Positions 12,830 through 25,859 of a DNA stretch of 64,000 bases are shown here, piece by piece. Within the stretch, counting starts at the first letter, position 1. Each line of letters starts with the position of its first letter. The notes under the pieces were generated by a model. The model ran no database searches. It was not told the origin of the DNA and worked only from the letters and a program-made list of their open reading frames with translations. The position numbers and the translations under genes were made by a program. The DNA is from Raillietiella orientalis. Lineage: Eukaryota. The stretch is taken from contig JAYWIR010000026.1 in assembly GCA_036172245.1 (NCBI GenBank), positions 1,922,001 through 1,986,000 on the forward strand. The letters are read 5' to 3'.

Positions 12830-13915
12830 CGGTCTGAATCTCCCCCCGCCCCCGTTCCCCCTGGACCACAAGGGTCTCAAGGCGCCTCCAGAAGGACCGG
12901 GAGGATGCAGATTTTGCCTCCCCGCCCTCTCCGAACGGCCCAAGGGGAGTTCAAGGAGTTCCACGCAGTTAGCGCGCACGCTGGGAGGACCCCTCCCTCC
13001 CCAGCTTCCCTTGCCGCAGCGCTGCCCTCCCTCAGGGAGCATATGGGCAGCAGCCTCCCGGCCAAATGGGATTGCCGAAATCTCCGGAAGGAGAAGAGGA
13101 CTGGGAGAGTGGACGACGGGCTAGCTAACAGAAACTGCAACCCCGAGTGACTCATCCCTGAGGGTTTTTGCACTGGGGCGAGCTACTGGGACTTCTGGTG
13201 GAAGATCTGCAGTAGTCCCCCTGTGCTCTCGTACACCTGCATCCTCCCCTTGAAGTGGCAGGAGTCAGCACTGCTGCTGCTGCAATGGGCCCACCGGCAC
13301 CACTGGACGGAGGGGGAGGGTGGACCCGAACTGTGCCAGGTCTGGGGAGCAGAAATCCTTCCCGCACTTCCTAGTGAACTATGTTGCCCTTCGGCCCCTT
13401 TGGGGACGCTTTGCCGCGACCATTGGAACCCCCCGTTGGCAACCCCAGGGATTGTGCGACTCCTCTTTGTGCGGACCTCCCTGCAGCCAGCCGCAGTCCC
13501 AGCAGCTCTTTGCTGCCTCCGCAGGATCGTGGAGGCGTGGACCGAGGCCAACGGAGGAAGTGACGATAGGAACGCCGTCCCCTTGGCTGTTCGCTTTCTG
13601 CGGATAGCGTCCGGATTGTGCCTCACCTGGGACCTATCTGGTCAGTCCTAGCCGGCATCCTAGGAAGGATGCAAGCTTTCTCCAGTGGACGGTGATCCCT
13701 TCTCGGCCCTCCAGAGTGTTTATTTTTCTTTATCCTTTTTCTTTATTTTTACTTCTGTTTTCCCCCCATCCCCCTCCTCTGCCGAAATCAGCCCAGCCGG
13801 TCTGCGCACCGTAGACCCAGCAGGTCCATTGTAAGGTGGTCAGCCATGGTGGAGCTACACGCCCCACCACGACACTTCCATTAATGAACGCCCCGGTGTG
13901 ATCGGGTGGCGACCC
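12830..13915 (+). mobile_element. 3' fragment of a Tx1/L1-like LINE (zinc knuckle and T-rich 3' UTR)
   Basis: EWTTG*LTETATPS, ILPLKWQESALLLLQ and DPNCARSGEQKSFPHFLVNYVALRPLWGRF. DNA homolog, in inverted orientation, of 8330-9200 and 5000-6070. T-rich tract 13718-13760. Confidence 0.85.
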
Positions 13916-14899
13916 CTTCTCCAGACAGGCAGGCCGTGGACCCATCCTCCCTCGTCATCTGTCCGTCCTCCTAGGTTCCCGGAGCCAGGGGACTTCCCGA
14001 CACCTTCCTCGCGAAGCCCGTCCGGATGGCAACCCGCTCCCCCTTCCTCCCCCACACTCTTCCCCCCTCCCCTTCCATCACCCATTTCCTTTGCTGAAGG
14101 AAAGGGCTCCGGGCGAGCTATCCCGAGCGGCGAGGGACGCTGGACGGAGCGCCAGAGAGGGATGTTCAGAGCCAGGATTTACGCTCCCAGGTCCCCTCCC
14201 CCTCCCGAAAGGGGTTGTAGGGAATGCCCGCCAGGCGCGCATAGTCTTCCCTTAGAGCCCTTTTCCCTTATTTCCCTCCTCCTCCGACGGAAACGCCACG
14301 GGGATGAGCACGTCGGGGAATGCCGGGAGCCCGGATACGAATCCCTGCTTGCCCAGTCTCTCCTACGCCCCACTAGGGGGAGGAAGACCACGAGGACGAG
14401 AGTGAGGAAGCTGCGGCAACCCCCGGCAACCTACGCTCCCCGCTTCCTTCCCGGATGAAGGTTCTCCGTCGGCTACTCCGATGCCAGGGAATCCCTCTGT
14501 TCCCTTCAGGCGGTTCATTCCCTGAGGGAGGGACGAAATGGGGGGTGGAGGAGAGAGAGAAGGAGCTCTGGGACTTCCACGAGGGAGTGAACAGCCGTGA
14601 TCGGGCGAGTTCGAGGGGGGTTTCCAGCTCGCTTGGTGCCCTCTCCCCTCCCCCAAAGGACGGACGCTGCTCTTTCCTGGTTTTCCCTTGTGTTCCACGC
14701 GGCCCCTAGGCTGAGGGAGGGAGGGAGGCAACGGCCTCCCTCCCTCTCTTAAGTCCGCCTGCGCGCAGCATCCCGTGGCGACAGGAAGTCCCCCGCACTC
14801 TTCGGGTCCGTGGCGGCGGGCAGGGAAACTCCCGGTTTCCCTTTACTCTCCCCCTCGGAACGCGGCAATCGATCCCTCCCCTCCGATCGGGAAAGGAAC

Positions 14900-17800
14900 A
14901 CTCCCGGGGATTCCTCCGGTTCCCCACGAGAAGCTCCCGTCTTCCCGACTAATGAAAAGTCCGACTCCCTGCGAGCATCCCCGATGGCCCCGAGGTCATC
15001 AACTCTGTTTGCACAGCTAGGCATCCTCGACGTCCCAGGAGGAGGGGAGGGGGAGGGCAGGCTCTGATGAAGGCCACCCTGCTCGTTCCCAATCTCCTCC
15101 GTCCACATCTTCCCCCCCCTCCCATCATCATCATCTTCTGGCGCCCGCGGTGGCTTCAGAGAGCTCCTCCTTTTCCTCATACCCCGAGGAGCTTGGTAGC
15201 CAAGGAAACGGGCCCGAGACGGGCACGACCGGGGAAGACCTGCCGAGGAGGACGGTGACCGCAGGTGACTGACCAGCGCGGCCTCACCCCGTCCGGACGG
15301 TGCCAGGCCGCGCTGGTTTCCGGGTGGGGAGGGGGTGGGGGAGGATCCGCGTCCTCCCTCCCCCCCCGCGGAACATCCCGCCTGTTTCAGTGGCTCCCCT
15401 ACCCCGGCCTGGAGCAGCTGACTCGACTGACCCGCGCGCGCGCGAGTACTTTCCAGATGGCCTCCAGGCGGTGCGCGCGACGACGGGTGGAACGGGGGAA
15501 GAGCCGTTCCCCTCCCACCCTATCCCACCACGCAGGGGCTCACCAGCAGCCTTCAGGCGGTCCCCTCCTCCCTCCGGGAACCCACCTCGGACTGCTCTGT
15601 CATTGGGGTCGGCGACGGCTCGCCTAGGCGGACACCTCCCAGGTTGCGCGCGCGGGAGGGGGGAAACACGGTCTCCTAGGAAACGAGGGAGATCTCGCGG
15701 ACCACCTTCCCTCGTCACGGGAAGCTCTGCGCGCGAAGGCATCCACGGAACCGCGAAGATCGGCATACACAGGAGCGGGCAGACAGCGGGCCTCCCTCCG
15801 GGACCTCTCGCGCGAGGGGTGTGGCGACTCAGCCGCGGGCTTCCTCCTCACCCTCACCCCATTTTGCAGCCAGGGAGCGACACGATCGGGGTGCCAGTGG
15901 TATGCACCTTCCTCCTCTTCTACTTTCCACCGCCTGACTGAACTCCACGTGACCCCGCGCCACACCCGTTCCCGCCACACGTCGCCAGGGGGAACTTTAG
16001 AGCGCGCGGTGACTGAAAGGGCAAAAAACAAAGTCACATGACCTCCCGTCGGGGTCAACGCGTCCTCCGCTGCACGTCAGCTGCCAAGACGAGCACCTTC
16101 TTTCCCTCTCGGCTTCCGCTGACCTCCCTCTCACATGCATTGACCCCGCCGCCGGAGGCGAGCGCGAAAGGAGCAGGCGAAGGGCTCCCGGTTTCCAGCA
16201 GACACCTCCGCGGCCACGCGGCTGACGATGACCGAGTCGGAAAAGCGGCACCCTTTCGGGGAGGGAGGGGGAGAGAGCGAGGGATCTCGGAGGACGCCCT
16301 CTCTCGGGGAGGACGCCAGAGAGCGGACCGCCCTGTGGACAAGAAGGCGCAGCTCCTTACTCCTAGTCGCTGCGCAAGCTCCTTCCTCCTGGATGCCCGG
16401 GGGCGGTCCCCGGATGACCGCTTCCTCAAAAGGGTTGCAAGCTGCCCGTGACCCGAAGACCCCCTGGCACACTGAAATCTGGAAGACGGGAGCTGCGACT
16501 GGGAAAGGACAGAGGCGACTGCTGTCCCTGAAGGTCGCGCGGCGGCGGCAGCAGCAGCCACCTTCCCATCCCATCCCCAAACCCGAAGCTCTCCCTTCGC
16601 GACCGGTAGCCCCCGTGCCGCCCGTGCAGCTCGCCTGTCCGTCCAATCGGATGCCTGGAATTCCTTGCGGACTCACCGCGAGAGCAGCTGCGTGGCTCCG
16701 CCTGCATGCGCGCGTGACGCAATGCCAGAGCGTAGGATGGGCGATCTTCCTGGCGAAAGGGACCGAACCTCCTGAGGCGTACAGAGAGCCAGAGGGCGCG
16801 CGCGCCCTCCAGGAAGAAGGGCCGATGGTCCTGCCCTCGGCAGAACTCGCTGCGAACTCGCTCGGAAGGGAGGGAGGGGGGGGGTCGCCGTCAAGGCTCG
16901 ATGGGACCCATGCGTCGGAGTGCTGGGCCCGCCGCGCCCGCATGCGACCGCTCCCAGCAGCACAGCGAGGCAGCCCCTAGCCAAGGGCCACCCCGGCTTC
17001 ACCTCCCCTCGGCGCAGTGCCTTCCGGCAAGCTCCCTCGTCCCTCCTCTCTGCAGCAGCCCGCCAGCCGCCAGGGGAAAGTGGGCGCACATGGAGCAGAG
17101 AGGGCGGGGAAGTGAGCCACAGCTGAGCCACTCCACCTGGTGATCGCGTCCAGGAGGAGGAATGGGCACGTGCCGATCCCGCGCTCACAAGGGTGCGGGC
17201 GTGACAGCGGAAGTGACTCCCCCCTCCTTCTCCTCCCGTTACACGGACAGGAGCTCCCGACCTACTTCGCTCCTTACCCACTCCTCTCCGTCGTCACGAT
17301 CCATCCCTCCGCTCCTCCTTCCCGGCGACCGGGGTGGGGGGTGGGGGGGGAGGGAAGACGGGAGACGTCCACGCGCGCTTTGCGAGAGGCCCGCCGGCTG
17401 TTCTCAGGAGGTTCCGCGCGACCGCGACCGTAGAAGGGAAGGGGATGGAGGGGTGGAGAATTGTGCGGTTTCCCGGCGCCTCTCGTGCTGGTCTCGGAGG
17501 TTCTGTTCCGGGAAAGCCAAGGATGCACGCGCAGCTTCCCCTCCCCCGAGTCCTTGGAGCTCCCTGGAGCTCGTCGCGAGGGCGAGGGGGGAAGTTCGGA
17601 GTTGCCTGGCCATCCCAGGCAACTCCGAACTGGCGCGACTCGGGAAGAGGGGAGGAGAACAGAAGAGTATTCTGGAGGTTCGATGGGGGACTCCGGTGGC
17701 ATCAGCGGGAGGGAAGGTAGCGGCCGCCGACCCCTTGGGCTCACGGAAGAGGAGCGGCTCGGATCGGGAGACGGGTTCCCGCCGCGAACGTTGTGCCCGC

Positions 17801-17950
17801 CCGCCCCGGCAGCTGCGGGTCACTGGGAAATCATGCAAATGAGTTTGCGCGCCCCAAAGGGCGAGAAGTGATTCGCAAAGCGAAGGAAAACAGTGAACCC
17901 CCTCCTCCTTCTGCACCCCTTTTGTGATTTCCGGGAAGACCGTCATCGGG
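14900..17950 (+). mobile_element. Heavily decayed LINE ORF2 relic ending in the family 3' UTR motif
   Basis: LFAQLGILDV ~15005; IHRSGQTAGLPPG ~15765; VARRRQQQPPSHP...EAL ~16535 (RGVRQGxPLSP...EPL); gtgaaccccctcctccttctgca 17893-17915 shared with 34590-34611. Confidence 0.35.
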
Positions 17951-20249
17951 AGAAGGACCGCGCGGAAATCGTCGGACTTCCCCGCCACCGACCGCAGCAC
18001 CAGCCAGTGACGAGCGGGAACGAGGCTCGCGGAGGGCGGCGTTCCTGCGTGTGTTCGGGAGGGAGCCGGCGAATGCGCCGAGGGTAGCGAGCGGCGGCGA
18101 GAGCACGCAGGAGGGGAGAGCGGCCGTTCCAGATGGGACGTGTGTGCTCAAGACTCTCGGGGATCGGATCCTCCGCAGAGCTTCCGGAGCAGCACGCCCG
18201 CAGGAACAGGGAGGGAGCTCGCCCCGATTGCCAGGGAAACAACAGAGGCGGAGGAAAGCAAACAAAATTTCCGGAAGGGGGGGGGGGGATGCCGGCAGGA
18301 GCACCTCGGCCTCTTCCCCTCCCTTCTCTAATTAATTAATTTACTATTATTTTTTTCGGACGGGGGGGAGGCGCGCCATCTCTAAACGATAAAAGCAACT
18401 GCTCCCTTCTCTTCCTCGAGCACTCCTCCCGCTGATCGGGAGCAGCCGAATGCTCGTGAGGACGTATCGATCGCCGGAAGGTCGCAGGCGGGTCCCTTCC
18501 GGACAGGCGGGAACGTCCGGCCTCGGGCGCCGCCGCCTCCGCGAGAAGACCCGCTGCGGCACCGGGGGAATCGGCGGAATGAAGGTCGCCGCCTCCTCTC
18601 CACGGGAAAGAGACCCCCACACGCGGGGGTCACAGCGAGAGATCCCGAGCAGGAACAAACAGGGAAGATTCCTGCTCCCTTGGCCGCCGTCCCTTCCTCC
18701 TTCCCTCTTTTCATTTTTTTTGCCGTTCTCTCCCGGGCATTTCGCGCTGGAGGCAGTGCAGTCGACTCCCGGAAGGCCAGGAGGTGCCCCGCTGCCTCGG
18801 CAACGGTTGGCGTGAGATGCCGTCAGCGCTGCCACCCACGCGCGAGGGGCCGCCTCGCCCGCACAACCCCGAAATGCTCCGAGCTCCGCTTCCCCGTCGT
18901 CAGATGGCACGCGCTGCATCCGCTGTTCCCTCGTCGTCCGGGCAAAGCGCGGCAGATCTCGGAGAGAACCGCTCGACAGCGTCGGACACGGACGGCCACC
19001 CACACAAGGCGTTTCCATAGACGCCGTCCCCGGAGGCACCGTCCGTCTCTGGACCGTGGAGTTTTTTTTCTCTCTCTCTCCATCGTCGCCTCGGGAGGAC
19101 GCGGGCCGCGAGCGCCGCAGCCCCACCCTCGGACTTGCGCAGAGGAAGGAGGGAGGGGAGGAGCTCCGCAGGAAACCACGGCTTCTGGGGGTCCTGCCCG
19201 CGCGAAGAGGAGGCCCTCGGCGTCGGCGCGCGGCCTCCGCACGGCGCAGCCGGCTGCCGCCGCCCTCTTCCGCATCTCCCCTCCTCCCCTTCTCCCTTTC
19301 TCCGCGGCGCCCTCGTTGCGAGCCGGCGGGGCTCGCCGACAAGCGGAGCGGGCGTTCTCCCTCGCGACAGCTACTTGCGGAGCGTCCCTGACAACTCCCC
19401 GGGGAACGCGCGCGTCTTAGCCCTCGCCGACCGACCGCCATACCCTCATTTCCCCGCACATGGGACGACCCGCCCGCCCGGCTGGCGGCGCCCCCAGCTT
19501 GCCAGCTCGCAACAGCCTGAGGCCGCGGCAACGGCCGCACTCGCGACCCTGCCTTGGGGAAAGCGTGGGGCGCGCGCGCAGGCCGAACTCCCCCCTTCCC
19601 CATAGGCGAGACAAAGAAGCGCTTCGTTGAGGCCCAGTCCGCCGCAACATCCGTGCCACCCCCGCCGGCGAAGTCATGGTCCGGCGCGACTCCCGGGGGG
19701 TCAACGGGGGGAGGGAAGACCAGGGTCCACCTCCGCCGCCCCTAACCTCCTCCTCCTCCTCCTCGACCGACTGGAGAAGCGACGCGCCCGACGGCTGAGA
19801 CTTTCCTACGGCAGGGCCCCTTGGAACCCAGGGGGCAGGAGAGGATGCGGGAAACCAACTGGACTGCTTGCGGTCCCGGGGTCGGCGCACCCACGAAAGT
19901 CGTCCGCGGTCCCTCCTGCTGACTCTTGGTCAAGTCCGAAAAGGGTCTCTCCCGTTTGCGCGGAGGGTCGCCGGACGTTCTACCTCGGGGGGAGAGGGGA
20001 TAGGAGCGCAGGTGACCGCGGACAGCATCCGAACGGATCGGGCTCAGCTGGTAGATATCCTGAAAGAGGGGGGGGGGACGCACGAGATCCGCATCCAAGC
20101 AGATGCGTCCCCGGGATGACAGGGAACCGCCCTCTGAAAGTGGCTCCGGTGGTGGCGCACGCGGGTTCCAGAGAAACCGACGCTCTCAGAACCGTGCACC
20201 GGGGCAGCCGCCGCCGTCCGCGGCGCGCCCACCCGTGCCACCCTTTTCC

Positions 20250-20906
20250 CGTCGGCCGGATGGGAAGCGGGGGGAAAGGGCAGCAGATGGCCTTCGGTGG
20301 AGGACCCAACTCTTCCCGGATCGCCCATCGGCGTTCCCACGGGATCCCCGCGATGCCCTGGCTCAAGGGAGGACGAACGACGTTTGGAGCCCCCTCCGGG
20401 TCTCGGGAACGCGCGGGTTCCGCATCGCGAGGACATGGCAACCACCCCTGTGCGCATTGCGGGAGGAACTTCGTTGCCATGGCTAGAAGGAAGCGCGGCC
20501 CATCGGGAGCCCTCGGTTTTCGATCCCGGACGGCGTCTCAGGCGCACGGTGAGGACTACGAGCAGAGGCGGGGTCCCTCCCAGTAGGGATGGGCCGTGGG
20601 CTCGGTGCTCTTCCTGTTTTCTCCCCCTTCCCCTTCCCGGAAATTCGGGAGCGTCCGTGTCGACGATGAAGGCGCGTCGGGAGCGGCGGCGTCTCCCCCT
20701 CCCCTCCGTTCCCCGTTCCCTCCTCGTCCCCTCCCGCCCTTCCGTGCATGCCTGCCAGAGCGACCGGGACGCGTCCTGTCGACGTGTCCGTCCCCTAAGC
20801 AAACGCCAGGCACCCCCTCGGCTGGACCCCCAACACCGACCCAAGCAAGAGGAATCCCCCCTCCCCCCTCCGACCTCAGAGTGAAAAAGGCGAGGGGGGG
20901 GGGGAG
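20250..20906 (+). mobile_element. Decayed LINE 3' end abutting a U2 fragment
   Basis: HPCAHCG (CAHCG 20449-20463); pyrimidine-rich UTR; aaacgccagg...tcggctggacccc ~20801-20830 resembles 13887-13917; purine tail gtgaaaaaggcgagggggggggggag 20881-20906. Confidence 0.45.
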
Positions 20907-20939
20907 CTACACTTTGATCTTAGCCAAAAGGCCGAGAAG
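20907..20939 (-). pseudogene. U2: U2 snRNA 5' fragment (nt ~5-37), truncated
   Basis: Reverse complement is cttctcggccttttggctaagatcaaagtgtag, matching the conserved U2 5' stem-loop up to the start of the branch-point pairing GUAG. The rest of U2 is absent. Confidence 0.95.
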
Positions 20940-21649
20940 GACCTCAAGCCCGCTTTAGCCGCTCCCGCGATCCGGGAGAGGCGGAAATTTTGCATCTGGA
21001 AAGATCTGTTCCTGGTACGTCACGCTACCCCCCTCCCCTTCTCCCTCAGTGAGAGGGGAAGCACTCCCCCTCTCACTGCGGGGGTGCTTCCCCCTTCTCC
21101 TCCCCCTCCTCCATCCCGCTCGCACGCGGTTGCTGCCCTTAGGATGGAGGAGTAGGAAGAGACAGGCCCCTCCAGACCCGGCCGTGCGCCTGCCTTCCTC
21201 CTCCTCCTCCCTGATGATGAGGACGGCGACCCGAGGGGGAGGGGGCGCTTCGCCCTCGTCTCGCCTGTGAGAGTGCGGCAGCACCCCCGACCGACGAATG
21301 GAAGGCGCGCGCGTCGTCCGCCGTCCTCCCACATTCAATCCTCCTCCTCCCTCAGCGATTACGGGAAGCCGGGTTTCCCGGATGCCGGGAGGGGACGGGA
21401 AAGAGCAGGCGCGTTCGCCCGCGATAAATCACCCGGCCCCAATTAAGCGCCATTACAGGAATCCTACGGTCCTGCACGAGTCGGTGGCGCGATAGCTGAC
21501 GCCTCCTTCCCCCCTCCTCCTCCCCCTCGCGGGTGCCGGCGCCACCCACGCACCTCCTGGCACACTCTCCTCACCCGGGAAATCGGCCAGGGAGCGAATG
21601 GAAGGTGACTTCTCTCGGGGAGGGGAGGCGGGGGGAAGCGACCGGTAGC

Positions 21650-22950
21650 ATAGAGCGTCCGCGGAACGGTCGTGGCGGCGCCCCGGGCAGAGCCCGATAG
21701 TCCATCCCCTTCCCCTGGTGCCGCAAGCGCACCCACTGCAGGGGAGGAGAGGAACGGCCCTTCCCTCTTCCGGGACTCCGAAAGAAGGCGCGAAGAGATA
21801 GGGGCAGGGAGGTCAGCGGACCTCCTACCGAACTTCCGCCGTCTCCTCGTCTCCCGGAGCCATCTTTCCCCACCCCACGGGAATTCCGGAACTTTCCCCC
21901 TCCTTCCCGGATTCTTCCATGGGTAACGGAAGTCTCCCTTTCCGAGCCGTCGCACACGATCCCCGGCCGGGACGTTGCGAGATAGGGAAGGAAGGGGAGA
22001 GGAAGGAGAGGAGCGTCGAGTTCGCCTCCCGGCCCCTCCCTCCAGCCCTCTGGGAATTCCCCGGACCGCCGGCCTCCAAGGATGACGCGGGGCGCGGCTG
22101 CCGCTGAACACACAGGGCGCCCCTCCCCCCCCACTGCTTCCCGCGCACTGCCGCTGCCCCTCGCAGGCCCCTCGGGCAGCAGCCTCAGAAAGGGTTCCCC
22201 CAAGGGAAGGAGGACAGGAATGCGGGGTTTCCATACCGACCACCTCGTTCACTCGCTTCCTTGCGGCAGAGACGCTCCTTGGGCGAACAGCAGAGCGCCT
22301 AGGAGGGGAAGGGAGGGGAGGAGTCCGGTGGGTGCGTCTGGAAGGGAGGGGAGCATCTGCGTGTCGGGATCTCCTCGTCCGAGGGTCTCCCACTTGTAGT
22401 CGAGAGCGTGGAGGTGGCGGAGGAGGCGTTTCCATGGAGAATGCGCGGAACGGGAGGAAAGGGGAACGCGAGGGTTCTTCTTTCCTCCCGTCTCCCTATC
22501 TCCCTTCCGAGTGATGGATCCCAGAGAAGTCGCAGCGGGAGGGCATTCCCGAGAAAGACGAGCGGCCTCGGGCACGCGTCGGGCCCCTTGAGGATCCTCC
22601 CTAGAAGCCCTTCCCTTCCCTTGGGGACCACGGAGGAATGAGTCGGCTCTCCGGATCCTCGAAAAAGAGTTGGCTGGGGTGGCGGATTCCCCCCGAGGCA
22701 GATCACCCCCCTCTCTTCCCCTTGACGGAAGAGCGGGATTGCCGACTGTCGCGCCCGGCTGCTGCGCCCGCTTTCCCTCGCCACCCCTCTTTCGCCGCGC
22801 ACCCCCTGTGGCAGGGTTCCCAGATCTCCACCTCGGATGGCTTTCCGAAGATCCACCGGATCGCGCCGGAGGAGGATTTCCTTCTTCTCCGGGGGGCCTC
22901 TCTGCAGCAGGGATCGAACGAGGGTTCCGGTTTCCGGCCCGAGCAGCCGT
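21650..22950 (+). mobile_element. Decayed LINE RT region (interrupted)
   Basis: NGPSLF...EEIG...HLSPPHGNSGTFPLLP ~21755-21910 (RT start); LSSRLPISLPSDGSQRSRSGRAF ~22480 (LAxRLxxVLP...Q...GRxI); PLWQGSQIS ~22805 (RQGxPLS). Confidence 0.35.
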
Positions 22951-23149
22951 CTCCGGATGCGGGCGTGGGGGCGCCCGGCCAGGCGGCCGTGGAAGAGCGC
23001 AGGCGCTGCTCGATGGAGGAGAGGAGGGCGAGGGCACGAGAGGAATGGCCTGCAGGCATTTCCCGGAGGTCCTTCTCTTCGGGCGAGACGGGCAGCACGT
23101 CACGGCCCACAGCACGGCGGTGCGCCGAAAAGGGCGGACGCACGCAGGG

Positions 23150-23340
23150 AGAAGAGAGGAATGGGAGGGGGGAAGAGGGAGGCGGCGGGAATCCTCGTCT
23201 CACGGGGTGGGGAAGGGGGGGGGCGGTCACGGTGCAGAAGGAAAGGAAGAACAAAAACAAAAGAGAGAGGGAAGGGAGGGAGGGAGGAATGGGGAGGATC
23301 GGGAAGGGGAAAGAAGGAAAGAAGGGGGGAAGGAGGGATC
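23150..23340. repeat. Long purine-rich low-complexity tract
   Basis: About 190 nt dominated by G/A (gggagggagggaggaatggggagg...). Confidence 0.85.
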
Positions 23341-24399
23341 GGATGCGTCTTCCCCGGAAAGAGAGGCCCTCCGTTCCGGGATGAAATGCAATTTTTTGCT
23401 CCGGCTGCGAGGATGCGTGCATCTGTGGGCCTTGAATTAATGAAGGATAAACGGGCGGCGGCGGCGGCTACATCCGAGGCTCAGGGAATAATCGATAGGA
23501 GGAGGGGGGAGGAGGGAGGGGCATTTTGCTCCGCGGGAGCAGCGACGGCGCGAGCCAGCGCCGCGCTGGATTCCACACACACCCCTCCCCCTCCCCTCTC
23601 CCACTTCCACGCCCGCTCGCCTCCGGGCGCGCGTAGGGGGAGGAGCGCAGCCATGATATGATGATGGTGACGATGACGACGCGGACCCACCGGGCGGGGG
23701 CGCCTCCCTCGTTGGCAGAGGAGGAGGCAGCCGCCGCTGCCTCGCCACCGGAGCCAGAGAGGGTACGCGTGCAGCAGCGGCGCCACGCAACAAGCCCATC
23801 CGCTCGTTGCCTGTCGGAAGCGGACGAAGCGGCGGCGGATCTCGGGAAGAGGAGGGCGAAGGGAAAGGCAGGGAGAGGGGCGAGGGGAAGTCGGGGCGCG
23901 AGGGGGAGGGGATGCTCCTGGGGCGGAGTGCCCTCGGGCGAAGTGCTCCAAGGAAGGATCCTCGCCTGTTGCCTCCCACCCACCTCTCGGACTCCCCTCT
24001 CTCCCTTCTCCGGGCAGCTGCAACAGGGAAACCTCCGAGGGGGGAGGAGGCGAGCGCAGGCACGGGAGACGGATCGCCTAGCAACGCGAGCGCCCGCGAA
24101 CAGCGTCTGGTGGAGCTCCGCGAAGCAAGGCTTCTGACCTGACCTGTCTTGCTCATCCGGGCCCCCCCTCCCGGTCGAGCAGGAGGGGCCGCCGCAACCT
24201 TCGGCAGGATCGGCCCCTCCTCCTCTCGCGCTGTTGCGATCGGGCGTTAAACCGCGCATAAACAACGAGCCTCCTTACCGCGTCTCCTTGGCAACCCCTC
24301 CCCGCGCTGGAGCAATATTGTTTCGCAGGACGGCTTTCTGCACCATTAATCTCCTGTTCCTACTCTTGGCGCCATTAATCAAATCCGCTTCCTTCGTAG

Positions 24400-25100
24400 T
24401 CCCGAGGAGGACCCACTGGTGCAGATGCTTCGACGGCCGGACTCCTTCCGGGAGCGCGGGGGCTTTTCTCTCCCGCTCCCGGAAGTCTTTCCCAGCCCAC
24501 CCTCCCGCTCCGAGGTGCTCGCTGAGAAGGGTCCGTCAGGATGACCCCGTCTCCGACCCTCTCCTGGACCCGGACCCCGAGCCTATTGGCTCCTCCCCTC
24601 CCGCTTCGCTGTTTTCGGACCCCTCCGCTCCCCGGCGACAGCTCCATCTTTTCGAGGAAGCGAGAAGCGGGGCCATTTCCGCGCCTGCCGCCGCTGCCTC
24701 TTCTCCTCCTGGCGAAAGTCCCGGGCTGCTGACCGCAATCCCGAAGGCGGCAACCAAACGCGCCGCCGAAGCGCTCGTGGGGCTTCCACTTGACTCCGCG
24801 GTGTTGCGAGTACGCGGACCTGCCTTTCCCCCTTCCCTCCCCCGGATTAATCTGCAATGAGGATGCCACCACCCAACCCTCCCTGTGCCCCTCAGGAGGA
24901 GCGTCGAGAGCCGGCAGACAGCGCCACCGGCAGAGTCCTCGCCTCCATCCCGAAACGCGGCGCACGCGGAACGCCGCCATCGTATCGGTCGGAGGCAGTG
25001 GCTGAACTCCGGCTTGCGAGAATTCGCCCTGCCCAGGGCATCGGGATGCCCCTCTCCATCCCCTCCTTCATCCGCGATTCGCAGGAGCATCCCTCCCCTC
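24400..25100 (+). mobile_element. Decayed LINE RT core and thumb region
   Basis: RRVRQDDPVSDPLLDPDPEPI 24525-24587 (RGVRQGxPLSPLLFxLxxEPL); LPGDSSIF ~24630 in another frame (YADDxxxF); LRVRGPAF ~24805; RPAQGIGMP ~25025 (GGxGxP). Confidence 0.55.
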
Positions 25101-25859
25101 TCCCCTACCTTCGCTTCCCGCGATCGTGATGCAGACTTCCTGCCCGCGCGACCTCAACCGTCTCTACGCCTGGACATAACTAAGTAAACCGACCAGCAGA
25201 CGAGAGGGGAGTTCCCGCCCTCCTTCGGAGTCCAGGAAGAAAGGGAGCTCCCCTCTCGCTGGACGCCGATCACCAGAAGAGGGGGCAATCGATGAAGCAG
25301 GCAAGGATGCTCGGAGGAGGAGGACGAGGTGAAGGTCGCCCGCATCCCCCGCCGCTCTCTGGCGATCTCGCATGCGCGCGATGCGGGCAATTCGGTCCGT
25401 CCCTGGCTCCATGGGTCGGATGGGGCCAGATCCGGGAAGCGCTCCTCCTAGTGACACAGAAGCCTCAACCTCGGTTCCCCCTCCCTGGCCGGCATGCCAT
25501 CGCGCGGCCTACCGAGAACGCGACACAAGATGGTCGCCGGGGCGGACGTGGGTGCGGCTCTCCCGAAAAGATCGAGCCTTCCCTGGACTCGTCTGGCAGG
25601 GGTCTCAGAGGAGCGCCAAGTAAGCGCGAACGTCCGGGGCGTTGCCGTGCGGAAAAGATGGCGCCGTCCCGCGCGCATGAAACGCGGCTCGGAGACAACG
25701 ACTTTCCCCTCCCCGTCGCGCAGTGCCGCCCAGGATGACCCAGCAAGAAGCACCCCAGACTGAGGAGACTGCACGCGAGCGCGCGTGCAGGGGAGGGCGA
25801 GGAGGGGGCTGCCAGTTCTTCTAGAAGTTCCGAGGTTCCGGAACACCCCGGAAGACCAG

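Noticed and set aside
22910..22950. gggatcgaac as a tRNA or SINE B-box
   Set aside because: No A-box or cloverleaf can be built.
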